This document shows, in pieces, positions 40,038 to 48,375 of a DNA stretch of 64,000 nucleotides (its first letter is position 1; every line of letters starts with the position of its first letter). The DNA comes from Candidatus Levyibacteriota bacterium. Lineage in GTDB: Bacteria > Patescibacteriota > Microgenomatia > Levybacterales > UBA12049. Location of the stretch: the NCBI GenBank assembly GCA_013816255.1, contig JACDET010000001.1:67968-131967 (forward strand), in the 5' to 3' direction. A model generated the notes under the pieces. The model made no database searches and had not been told where the DNA came from. It worked only from the letters and a program-made list of their open reading frames with translations. The position numbers were made by a program, and so were the translations under genes.

Positions 40038-40066
40038 ACTATACTGGGAGAAGAAGAAGATGTCAA
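40038..40066 (-). promoter_or_regulatory. Sigma-70-type promoter for the riboswitch / DMT transcript
   Basis: On the minus strand: TTGACA (40066-40061), a 17-nt spacer, then TATAGT (40043-40038). Confidence 0.45.
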
Positions 40067-40169
40067 CGGTTCAGTTTGAAATTTATTTTGTCATCCTGAA
40101 CTTGATTCAGGATCTCTAGATTCCCGCCTTCTCGCCTACGGCGAAGGGGGCGCTGGAATGACATTTGAT

Positions 40170-40658
40170 TCACTTTTTATGTATTTGATTACTTACATCT
40201 AAAGCTTTCAAAACTGCAACGGCACCCTCAATACCTTTATTCATATCGTTATCGGAAGCCCGCATTTCTGCTTGTTCTTTTTTGAATACTGCCAGAATTT
40301 CAATCGCGACAGGAATGCTGTAATCAATTGAAATTTGCATAAGCGCGCGGGCACATTCGTTTGCAATCATTTCGAAATGGTACGTCTCACCTTTCACAAT
40401 GACACCAAAGGTAATAATCGCATCAAACTTTTTTGATTTTGCGGCTGCATGAACAACATAGGGAATTTCCCACGCACCAGGAGCACTGAATACTTGCATA
40501 TTCTCTTCTTTCACTCCTGCTTTAAGCAATGTTTGAACCGCATGCTTTTGCAGATTATCATTCAATTCTTTATGATAGTCAGTTCTAATAATAGCGACCC
40601 GCACAACTTCTGGGTTTATTGATTGTATATGTAATTCTTTTTCGTGTTTTTTTAGCAT
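40170..40658 (-). CDS. ribH: 6,7-dimethyl-8-ribityllumazine synthase
   Basis: VAIIRTDYHKELND...GAWEIPY...ITFGVIVKGETYHFE. Confidence 0.9.
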   Translation of the reverse strand: MLKKHEKELHIQSINPEVVRVAIIRTDYHKELNDNLQKHAVQTLLKAGVKEENMQVFSAPGAWEIPYVVHAAAKSKKFDAIITFGVIVKGETYHFEMIANECARALMQISIDYSIPVAIEILAVFKKEQAEMRASDNDMNKGIEGAVAVLKALDVSNQIHKK

Positions 40659-40659
40659 G

Positions 40660-41250
40660 TTACTTTTTTGCGGCTACTAATTTCTCGAGATATTTTGCAA
40701 GCACATCAACTTCAATATTTACACTATCATGTATGCGAGTTGTATACAACATAGTTTTTTCCCATGTATGCGGGATTATGCCGACAGTAAAATACTCATC
40801 CGTAACATCAATGACCGTAAGTGAAATACCGTTTAGTGTAATAGAACCTTTCTCGACAATATATTTTCCGGTATCCTGCGGAAGAGAGATAGTAAGTATG
40901 CGGCTGTTCCCCGCTTCTAGTATAGAATCAATCTTTCCAACGCCATCAATATGTCCTTGGACAATATGACCCGCAAGAAATGTTTCACTTGTTGCAGGCA
41001 ATTCAAGATTGACCAAACTTCCTTCTTTCAAATTCTGGATATTGGTTCTGGCTGCAGTTTCCGGCATATATTCAATTGCAAATGATGTATCATCAAAAGT
41101 TACTGCGGTCAAACAAATACCATTCACAGCAATACTCATACCAAGCGTTACTTTTTGCACTAAATCTTCACTCGTTGTAATAACAAGTCGATTTGCAGTT
41201 CTTTCTTTAACTTTTCCTACATGGGTTATGATGCCGGTAAACATAGTCAA
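40660..41250 (-). CDS. ribE: Riboflavin synthase alpha subunit
   Basis: MFTGIITHVGKV plus two lumazine-binding repeats. Confidence 0.9.
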   Translation of the reverse strand: MTMFTGIITHVGKVKERTANRLVITTSEDLVQKVTLGMSIAVNGICLTAVTFDDTSFAIEYMPETAARTNIQNLKEGSLVNLELPATSETFLAGHIVQGHIDGVGKIDSILEAGNSRILTISLPQDTGKYIVEKGSITLNGISLTVIDVTDEYFTVGIIPHTWEKTMLYTTRIHDSVNIEVDVLAKYLEKLVAAKK

Positions 41251-41345
41251 GATTATATCAGAGGAGTGACTGTTGTCCTAGAACTATTAAAAAGGTAACT
41301 CTTTTCCATAGACACAATAGCAATAGTTTTCTATAATGTATCATC

Positions 41346-42116
41346 ATGTACCTGCAGATACCTCTATCAAAAATTATTCTTTTTGCGGCCGGATTTAGTA
41401 TTGTTTTTTATACTGTTCGTGTCAGCAGCATCATACCGAACAATCTTGTAGTTGATGATTTCCGTTCTGTCATCCCGTTGTTTTCGAGTATCACTGTTAT
41501 TTTTAGTATTATTTCTGGTTTTGTAATCCAAGCACAATGGCATAAATGGGACACTCTCATTGACGCCGTACGCGGCGAAGTAAATATGTTACGGCATATT
41601 TATGTCATGGCGCAAAATTTTCCGGCTGGTCCAAGAAAAAAATTGCGAAACTCTATTGAAGAATATCTTGAAGTTCTCATTGCTAGCTCTGACATTAGTT
41701 CACATCATCGAGGAGTACGTTCAAAAAATGTCGATAAAGCAATGTATGAAATAGACAAAAACGTTTTTTATGTTCTGGATAAATATACGCAAACCGGCAT
41801 GGGCATCTTTATGCTTTTTAACCGAGCTATGGAGTTTAGAGAAACCCGTATTCAAAACGGCAGCAACAGATTGCCGATCATGCTCAAACTTCTTATCATT
41901 TTGATGACGATTACCTTGATTGGAGCATCATTCTTTATCTTTTTTAATAATGTTTGGTTTGAATATGTTTTCCGTCTTATTCTCGCGCTTCTTGCATATA
42001 CAATTTATTTAATCATTGATGATTTAGATGACCCATTCTGCCCCGGGAATTGGCAACTGAAATTTAAAGGATATAAAGAGTTACTGCAAGAGATGCAAGA
42101 GGAAAAAAAGCATTAA
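41346..42116 (+). CDS. Hypothetical membrane protein (DUF4239-like)
   Basis: 256 aa. TM helices at both ends. Confidence 0.4.
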   Translation: MYLQIPLSKIILFAAGFSIVFYTVRVSSIIPNNLVVDDFRSVIPLFSSITVIFSIISGFVIQAQWHKWDTLIDAVRGEVNMLRHIYVMAQNFPAGPRKKLRNSIEEYLEVLIASSDISSHHRGVRSKNVDKAMYEIDKNVFYVLDKYTQTGMGIFMLFNRAMEFRETRIQNGSNRLPIMLKLLIILMTITLIGASFFIFFNNVWFEYVFRLILALLAYTIYLIIDDLDDPFCPGNWQLKFKGYKELLQEMQEEKKH

Positions 42117-42694
42117 ACCTCGCTTAGAGGATGTCTATCTACAGATCTTACTGAACCATTTTCCAAAGTTACTTCAATTATTTCGCCCCGCCCAATAACC
42201 TTTGCGGCATTTTGCGGATCCCAAAAATATCGTGGTGGATCTTCTTGAATCAAATAGTAATACAAAACAGTCAATGGGTCTCCATGTGAAATAAGTATTG
42301 TATCCTTCCCGCTTGATACGACTTCATCGCAAATACTTGTCATTCTTGCTAGTAAAGATTTTTGTGTTTCACGTGTTCTATTATCTTCTTCCTCTATCCA
42401 GTGTTTTTCAGATGCATGTACTTTTCCTTGCAACTCAGGACATGCTGATTCAATAATCCTCCGATCAATTGTCACCATTGCATGTGTTTTGGAGGCAATC
42501 AATTCTGCAGTTTGTACAGTACGGACAATAGGACTTGCAATGATTGGGAGCATTCCAACTTCTTTTTTTAGGAACCAATCACCGATCATCAAAGCTTGCT
42601 TGCGGCCATATTCAGTCAAATGAAAGGGTAAATGAAATGCATAAAGATGTGCTGGATTATAATATTCTGTATGGCGTACGAAGTAGAGCTTCAT
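42113..42694 (-). CDS. Histidine phosphatase family protein (phosphoglycerate mutase-like)
   Basis: LYFVRHTE (RHG motif). ILISHGDPL. The preferred start is MKLYFVRH at 42694. Confidence 0.7.
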   Translation of the reverse strand: MKLYFVRHTEYYNPAHLYAFHLPFHLTEYGRKQALMIGDWFLKKEVGMLPIIASPIVRTVQTAELIASKTHAMVTIDRRIIESACPELQGKVHASEKHWIEEEDNRTRETQKSLLARMTSICDEVVSSGKDTILISHGDPLTVLYYYLIQEDPPRYFWDPQNAAKVIGRGEIIEVTLENGSVRSVDRHPLSEV

Positions 42695-42798
42695 ATATAA
42701 AGTATAGCGAACTCTTTTGAAGAACAAAAGCAATGAAAACAAAAAAAGACAGCTATATATTGCTATATAACTGTCTTTCCTGTTTGTCTTCACGGTAT

Positions 42799-43530
42799 TT
42801 ACTCTTTAATTTTTTCACCTTTACCAGCTTTTGCATGTTCCGTTGAATCATCGTGCCAGCCGCGTCCATCGTGAGAAGACGTTTTTTTTGTTGTTTTACC
42901 GCCTTTTGCTCCCATTGTTGCAAAGTGATGTGTCTGCTGATGTGATTGATTCTGGTAATCACTATCATTCGTCGAACTATTAGTCGTTTTACCAATAGTA
43001 TCACTGCTTTGCGCAATCGTTTTTATATCTGATGCATGATATTGATTGAATACATCATTTACAAAAGAAACTTTCGCATCTTGTGTCGGGACGATAAGAA
43101 GAATTGCTCCTTCTTTTACCTGTGTTTCATAATGCTCAGCATCTTCTTTTGAAAGCCCAAGCCCCATGAGTGCACCGATAAGACCTCCAGCAATAGCACC
43201 TGTTGCGGCGCCTGAAACAGTTGTCGCAGCTGCTCCAGTCAAACCGAGGGCAGCACCAATTGGCCCACCAATTAAGAATCCTCCCAATCCGGGAAGCACT
43301 GTTCCTGCAAGAAATCCTGCAATACCACCTATGGCGGCACCAGTTGTCGCACCGGATAAAGCACCTCCTGCAACATTAGCACCTGTATCATCACTGATAT
43401 CTTTGGCTTCTTTTGCATCTTTCATAACAATAGAAAAATCTTTTGTGTCAAGCCCATTTGCTTGCAATTTTTCAATTGCTTCTTCAACATCTGATTTTTC
43501 TGTAAATACACCTAATAATGTTTTTGTCAT
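42799..43530 (-). CDS. General stress protein (YflT/Gsp17M-like) with a Gly/Ala-rich membrane-active region and a KGG tail
   Basis: MTKTLLGVFTEKSDVEEAIEKL is a YflT-like N-terminus. Strong RBS AGGAGGTGATAAATAT-ATG. Confidence 0.55.
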   Translation of the reverse strand: MTKTLLGVFTEKSDVEEAIEKLQANGLDTKDFSIVMKDAKEAKDISDDTGANVAGGALSGATTGAAIGGIAGFLAGTVLPGLGGFLIGGPIGAALGLTGAAATTVSGAATGAIAGGLIGALMGLGLSKEDAEHYETQVKEGAILLIVPTQDAKVSFVNDVFNQYHASDIKTIAQSSDTIGKTTNSSTNDSDYQNQSHQQTHHFATMGAKGGKTTKKTSSHDGRGWHDDSTEHAKAGKGEKIKE

Positions 43531-43631
43531 ATATTTATCACCTCCTTTCTTTAACTCCAAGAGCATAAACTACTGACATAAGAATGAGGTTAAGAGCATG
43601 TAAGAGATGGTAAACAATATGGTAGGGTGGA

Positions 43632-44987
43632 CTAAGAAGATTGTTTGTGATTTTTACCAAGCCACAAGCCAAGTCCTATCCAAAACGCTGTAATAAGATA
43701 CGCAATAATAAAAGCAATTCCGGAACCAAATTCGTGGATCACAATCGCTGCCATTGCAGTCACAATCCCCCCACCCATAAATGGCTCAAAGGCTAGTTGT
43801 TTGTATGCAAAACTTTCCTTTGCTTTTACTTCATTTTTTGGATCAATAAGACGGTTTAAAAGAAGCCCTGTTGCTGTCATTCCCATTGATTGTCCGACAT
43901 TGGTAATGCCATTGACGAACCAATTGGTCGGAAAAAAGCGTGGTGCAAAAAAGTAAAAACTCCCAAGAATCCATGCAACGCCCGCAAATGCTAAGATCGC
44001 AAATACCGCCCAATTCTCACCGATTACTTTAAGAGAAACTGTCGCGATAGCACTTGCAATGAGTAAGTCTAGAGCAATAGAACTGAAATTCTCAGCAGTT
44101 CTTCTTTTGATAAGTGATTGCTTGTCCAATCTCTTTAAACCTAATTGCACAATAAGTCCCCCGAGCATTGCCAAAGTAAAAAGCGGAAGATAGGTAAAGA
44201 AGCGCAGATCAGTAAACTGACTCATAACGATATCTTCAGTGAGAATAAGTCCTTGTAATAATACCCAACCAATTCCGATTGAAAGCGCGAACGCTATGAT
44301 GTTTATGAGTAATGTCTTTGGCCGTTCATTGAATTTTTTTGCTAAATCAAGAATATCGTAACCACTTTTAATAAGTTGTCGTTCTTGCTCTTTCCAGAGT
44401 TCATCATTATTAAGATTTCCCCGGCGGCGATTGTAAATATTTACAAGAATGACACCACTGATGATTGCTGCAACCAAACTAAACGTCGCAAGTCCTAAAG
44501 CAATGTCAGTCCCCTCAGCCCACCCTAATTCTTCAAATGTCGGAGCAAGACCGGCTGCAGTACCATGTCCGCCTTCAAAACTTATCTCGATGAGGGACCC
44601 AACCATAGGATTCGTGCCAAACAGCGGAGACAGGACAAAGAGCGATAATGCAATTCCAATAACATATTGTCCCCACGCCAATGTATTTCCAAAAGCTATC
44701 ATAGGCGCTGAGGTCTTCCAAATTTCCTTCATGCTTGGGATAAACCTCCCGAGAAAGAGTCCCGCAAAGACGATATTGATAAGATACTTTGGAAACTGTT
44801 CCCAATAGCTTGTAACTTCTGGCGTAAAGTATCCAAGTATTTGCGGACCCATGAGTAAACCAAGAACACCAGCAATTAATGAGCTTGGGATGAACAATCT
44901 TTGCAGAAAACCAGTTTGCCGTTTAATAAACCTGGCAACGAGGACGATTATAAGAAGTAAAATGATGCTATCAATAATGGGCGGCAC
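43632..44987 (-). CDS. Sodium/glutamate symporter (GltS family)
   Basis: EGGHGTAAGLAPTFEELG matches the GltS GGHGTGAAW region. 451 aa and polytopic. Confidence 0.6.
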   Translation of the reverse strand: MPPIIDSIILLLIIVLVARFIKRQTGFLQRLFIPSSLIAGVLGLLMGPQILGYFTPEVTSYWEQFPKYLINIVFAGLFLGRFIPSMKEIWKTSAPMIAFGNTLAWGQYVIGIALSLFVLSPLFGTNPMVGSLIEISFEGGHGTAAGLAPTFEELGWAEGTDIALGLATFSLVAAIISGVILVNIYNRRRGNLNNDELWKEQERQLIKSGYDILDLAKKFNERPKTLLINIIAFALSIGIGWVLLQGLILTEDIVMSQFTDLRFFTYLPLFTLAMLGGLIVQLGLKRLDKQSLIKRRTAENFSSIALDLLIASAIATVSLKVIGENWAVFAILAFAGVAWILGSFYFFAPRFFPTNWFVNGITNVGQSMGMTATGLLLNRLIDPKNEVKAKESFAYKQLAFEPFMGGGIVTAMAAIVIHEFGSGIAFIIAYLITAFWIGLGLWLGKNHKQSS

Positions 44988-45008
44988 GTTAATTTAGTAT
45001 ATACCTAT

Positions 45009-45050
45009 CGTCCTTCATTTTGCAAAAATTATTAGGCAAAATGAAGGACG
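45009..45050. terminator. Perfect 15-bp stem hairpin (12-nt loop)
   Basis: CGTCCTTCATTTTGC pairs with GCAAAATGAAGGACG. Lies between the HD gene's 3' end and the transporter gene's 5' end. Confidence 0.4.
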
Positions 45051-45144
45051 GGGCATACTACGCTATTTGTAAAATTAATTAAAAGGAGTATAGCAAAAAT
45101 AACAAAGAAACTCCTCCGCTAATGGACGCGGGATAACCTAAAGT

Positions 45145-45657
45145 TTAGTTATTTGTGAGCAAATCTTCAAGTTCAACAAATATTCTATCGTTATACTCCT
45201 GCGGTCTCAGCTTTAATAAAGTACTTCCAAAACGAAGCATATTTTGCATTCCTAGTTCACTTTGCATTTTTCGATACGTGGTGAGGTTATCAATAATATC
45301 TGCAGCTTTGACGATTGAAGCATTTTCCCCACTTTGAATACATGCTTTCATTAGCTCGTCATATCGAATGTCTTCAGGAAGCTCTTCATTTTTTGTATTT
45401 GCTTTCACGATATCTGCAACATCACGACCAAACTCTTTGGCAATATCCTTAACCGTAACTTCAGAATCTTCCACAAGGTCATGCAATAATCCTGCTACGC
45501 AAATAGTACTTTCGTATCCGTGGTTGTAGAGATACACACCTACTCTGACACTATGTAACAATGTGGGTTTGGGAAGATCTTTTGCATCAGGCATTTTATC
45601 AGAGAGAAAACGGAGAGCTTCTTCAAAATCGCGATCTGTCGTTGGAAAATGTAACAT
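45145..45657 (-). CDS. HD-domain phosphohydrolase. Small alarmone ((p)ppGpp) hydrolase-like (SpoT/Mesh1 HD).
   Basis: HSVRVGVYL...AGLLHDLVEDS is the RelA/SpoT HD motif. 170 aa. Confidence 0.6.
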   Translation of the reverse strand: MLHFPTTDRDFEEALRFLSDKMPDAKDLPKPTLLHSVRVGVYLYNHGYESTICVAGLLHDLVEDSEVTVKDIAKEFGRDVADIVKANTKNEELPEDIRYDELMKACIQSGENASIVKAADIIDNLTTYRKMQSELGMQNMLRFGSTLLKLRPQEYNDRIFVELEDLLTNN

Positions 45658-45677
45658 AGTGAAAGTATAGCAGAATA

Positions 45678-46172
45678 CTATGCTTTAGCTAATACATTTG
45701 CCCATAACTCCTTTTGACTAGGATAAACGTATTCTGGGAGAAAGCCGAGTTTGGTGTAAAGATTGATGGCGGGTAATCGGGATTGCTCTGTCTCGAGTAC
45801 TGCATCTCGGCAGCCGATCTCTTTAAAGAAATGTAAAACTGCGAGCGATACAACATAACCCAATCTTTTCCCTTGATGATCTGGATGGACTGCGACCCAA
45901 TGGACGTAACCTGATCCTGGATACAGTTTTGGTACAAGCCTTGCCGATGCTGTTGCAATAGGTTTGTTGTTAAAGGTTACGATGAACGTTCTTTTTACAT
46001 CCTCTGCATCAAGGAGAATATACCGTGCACGAAAGGCTGGCCAAAAAGGACTATATGCAGTTTTCAATATCTCAGCAATTGCTTTGGCATCGTGAACGGT
46101 AGCAACTCGGAGTTCATAATCTTTTGGTAAGTGAGGTAAGGCTGGAAGATCATCCAGATTTGCTCTGCGCAT
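45678..46172 (-). CDS. GNAT family N-acetyltransferase
   Basis: VAVHPDHQGKRLGY is the acetyl-CoA binding motif A. The preferred start is MRRANLDD at 46172. Confidence 0.65.
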   Translation of the reverse strand: MRRANLDDLPALPHLPKDYELRVATVHDAKAIAEILKTAYSPFWPAFRARYILLDAEDVKRTFIVTFNNKPIATASARLVPKLYPGSGYVHWVAVHPDHQGKRLGYVVSLAVLHFFKEIGCRDAVLETEQSRLPAINLYTKLGFLPEYVYPSQKELWANVLAKA

Positions 46173-46317
46173 AAAAAGCTTTTTCTTTTGATCCAAACTA
46201 ATAGCGCCGACAGTAAAATCACAAATACGGAAAATATTTACAAGAAGCGATTGACGTTGCAATTTTATCCACCTATGCATGAGCAAATTGTACCAACTTC
46301 AACACATAGAAACAATT

Positions 46318-46839
46318 CTATATTGTCGGAATCGGTGTAATCTCTGTTGTGGTAGGAGCAATAGTTGGTGCTACTGTTGGAACAGCTGTAGGTACAGAAG
46401 TCGGCTGAGCAGTTGGTGCTGCTGTTGGATCAGGCTGCTTTGTCGGTGCTTGAGTCGCTACAGGTGCTTTGGTGGCTGTCGGTTTTTTGGGTAATTGGAC
46501 GGTGGTGTTAACCTTTTCATCTCTAGAAGTTTCAGGTGATGCAAACCCTTCAGCTCCTTTTACTTCCTCTTTTATCGTTGGTGAAGCTTTGGTTTCATTT
46601 TTTTTAAGGTCTACATTCTTTGATGTATCTTTGGGGGAAAGCATAAATGAATTAATCAAAAAGATAGCCAATAACGCTACACTAAGCACCCCACCAGTAA
46701 GTGCCAAGAGTTTTTTGGTGGACATTGATTCAGAATTTAAATCACTATAAAGATTAAGAGCTTTCGTTTCCTTCGGCGTTTCTTTCGCATCAGTTACAAC
46801 TTCACTTTTCTTCTCCGGATTGATATGTGGGATATCCAT
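46318..46839 (-). CDS. Membrane-anchored hypothetical protein with a Pro/Thr/Ala-rich extracellular tail
   Basis: 173 aa. Central TM segment. PT-rich C-terminus. Confidence 0.4.
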   Translation of the reverse strand: MDIPHINPEKKSEVVTDAKETPKETKALNLYSDLNSESMSTKKLLALTGGVLSVALLAIFLINSFMLSPKDTSKNVDLKKNETKASPTIKEEVKGAEGFASPETSRDEKVNTTVQLPKKPTATKAPVATQAPTKQPDPTAAPTAQPTSVPTAVPTVAPTIAPTTTEITPIPTI

Positions 46840-46889
46840 GTATATAGAGTATAAACGCTAATGCGAGAGGAAACAACGGTATATGCTGT

Positions 46890-47453
46890 TTATCTAGTTC
46901 CAGATTGATTTCTATAGCGACGTCTGAGATATGCATCTGTAACTAGATTCGATACAGCGCCGGTTCCTAAAGCTGCAAATGATGTGAATAGGGCTGTATC
47001 TGCGGGGACTTCAGCTCCGTACTTATACGCTGCAACTGCAGCCACACCCGCACCAGCATATGTAGCAACCGTTCTTCGCAACCGCTGAGTTGGTGTTCTA
47101 TCTTGTTCATCTAGCATCATAACAGTATCTTTTTCTATACCTCCAGGTAATTGAGTTGACATCATTCTTCCCGCATCAAATAACGCACCTGCACTGAGAA
47201 CGGCCGCGCTCAGTCCTACTGCTTTTGCATCTAGAGGTAGACTTGCCAAAAAATCTACGACTGTCGCTGAATCTGGTAAAGGCAAACCTCTCGCTCTAAA
47301 TTTCTCATCAGTTGTCTGCTCAGGCTCAATAAGTATTGCTGCCGCTGCCGTTGTTCCAGCGAGTATTGCTGCTTCTCCTGTACGAACAATCGACCTTGCG
47401 CCAAAGTCTATACGTGGGTTTTCAAACATATTCATAGCTGACATTGTATACAT
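46890..47453 (-). CDS. Hypothetical protein (Ala-rich, GC somewhat higher than neighbours)
   Basis: 187-aa ORF. No recognisable domain. Confidence 0.35.
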   Translation of the reverse strand: MYTMSAMNMFENPRIDFGARSIVRTGEAAILAGTTAAAAILIEPEQTTDEKFRARGLPLPDSATVVDFLASLPLDAKAVGLSAAVLSAGALFDAGRMMSTQLPGGIEKDTVMMLDEQDRTPTQRLRRTVATYAGAGVAAVAAYKYGAEVPADTALFTSFAALGTGAVSNLVTDAYLRRRYRNQSGTR

Positions 47454-47521
47454 TTATATACTATAAGTCAGTCCTGTCTCCTGAGCTTTATATATAATTT
47501 TGTTTTTGCTACAATAATTCC

Positions 47522-48142
47522 ATGAAACTCCTCCTCACAAGCTTTTGGACATCCCCTGCTCAGGATCAAGAATTGATCAAACTTGTCGGCAAAGAACAAA
47601 AAGATATTAAAGTCGCGTACATCGAAAACGCGTTTGATATCTATGACGATGAAGCATCTCTTATCGAAGGACGAAAGATATTGCAAGAGAAAGGATTTGA
47701 TTTTGAAGTAGTCGATTTACGAAAATTTCGAGATGATCATGAAGGTTTGAAAAAGATTCTAGAGTCAAAAGATGTTTATTGGTTCACTGGCGGCAATGGT
47801 TTTTATCTTAGATCCCTCATGAAAGATACGGGCGCGGATGAGATGATTATCAACGAAGTGAAAAAGGGTAAAGTGTATGTCGGAGCAAGTGGAGGAGCAG
47901 TCATAGCAGGCCCCACAATGAAGCACTTTGATAATCAGGATGATCCAAAAGAAGCTCGGGAAATTATATGGGAAGGCTTGGGTCTTACAGACATTGTCCC
48001 AGTCCCCCACGTCGATAATCCAGATTTTGGTAAAGGCTGTCGGGAAGCAGGAGAACTTTGTGCCAAAGATGGATATAAAACAATAGAATACACAGATTCA
48101 CAAGCACTCCTCATAGATGGAAATATACAGAGAATTATTTAA
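47522..48142 (+). CDS. Peptidase S51 family (dipeptidase E / cyanophycinase-like)
   Basis: VYVGASGGAVIAG nucleophile-region motif and type-1 glutamine amidotransferase-like fold. Confidence 0.65.
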   Translation: MKLLLTSFWTSPAQDQELIKLVGKEQKDIKVAYIENAFDIYDDEASLIEGRKILQEKGFDFEVVDLRKFRDDHEGLKKILESKDVYWFTGGNGFYLRSLMKDTGADEMIINEVKKGKVYVGASGGAVIAGPTMKHFDNQDDPKEAREIIWEGLGLTDIVPVPHVDNPDFGKGCREAGELCAKDGYKTIEYTDSQALLIDGNIQRII

Positions 48143-48169
48143 TCGTATCCCCACGCAGAACCCATAGTA

Positions 48170-48198
48170 TTGACATTTACTCATTTCTCCGCTATAAT
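48170..48198 (+). promoter_or_regulatory. Consensus sigma-70 promoter
   Basis: TTGACA (48170-75), a 17-nt spacer, then TATAAT (48193-98). Confidence 0.5.
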
Positions 48199-48209
48199 CC
48201 TATAGTTTT

Positions 48210-48371
48210 ATGATTACACCGTTTTCATCGTTACTTACAATAATTTCGCCTTTGGGCACGAGTGCGCAAAATGATTTGATTTATATGATTTTGCCCTCAA
48301 TAGCTATAGCTCTTGGAACTATTTGTCTTGCCAGCCATATAACCACACGTGTCGTTAAAAAGTTCATCTAA
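48210..48371 (+). CDS. Small membrane peptide (53 aa), translationally coupled to the downstream GT2 synthase
   Basis: MITPFSSLLTIISPLGTSAQNDLIYMILPSIAIALGTICLASHITTRVVKKFI. Its stop at 48369-71 lies 4 nt before the ATG at 48376. Not in the ORF track. Confidence 0.4.
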   Translation: MITPFSSLLTIISPLGTSAQNDLIYMILPSIAIALGTICLASHITTRVVKKFI

Positions 48372-48375
48372 TACT

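Noticed and set aside
41250-41345. Looked for an FMN riboswitch upstream of ribE-ribH
   Set aside because: Only ~95 nt of leader, with none of the conserved RFN blocks. The riboswitch-like element is instead upstream of the DMT transporter.
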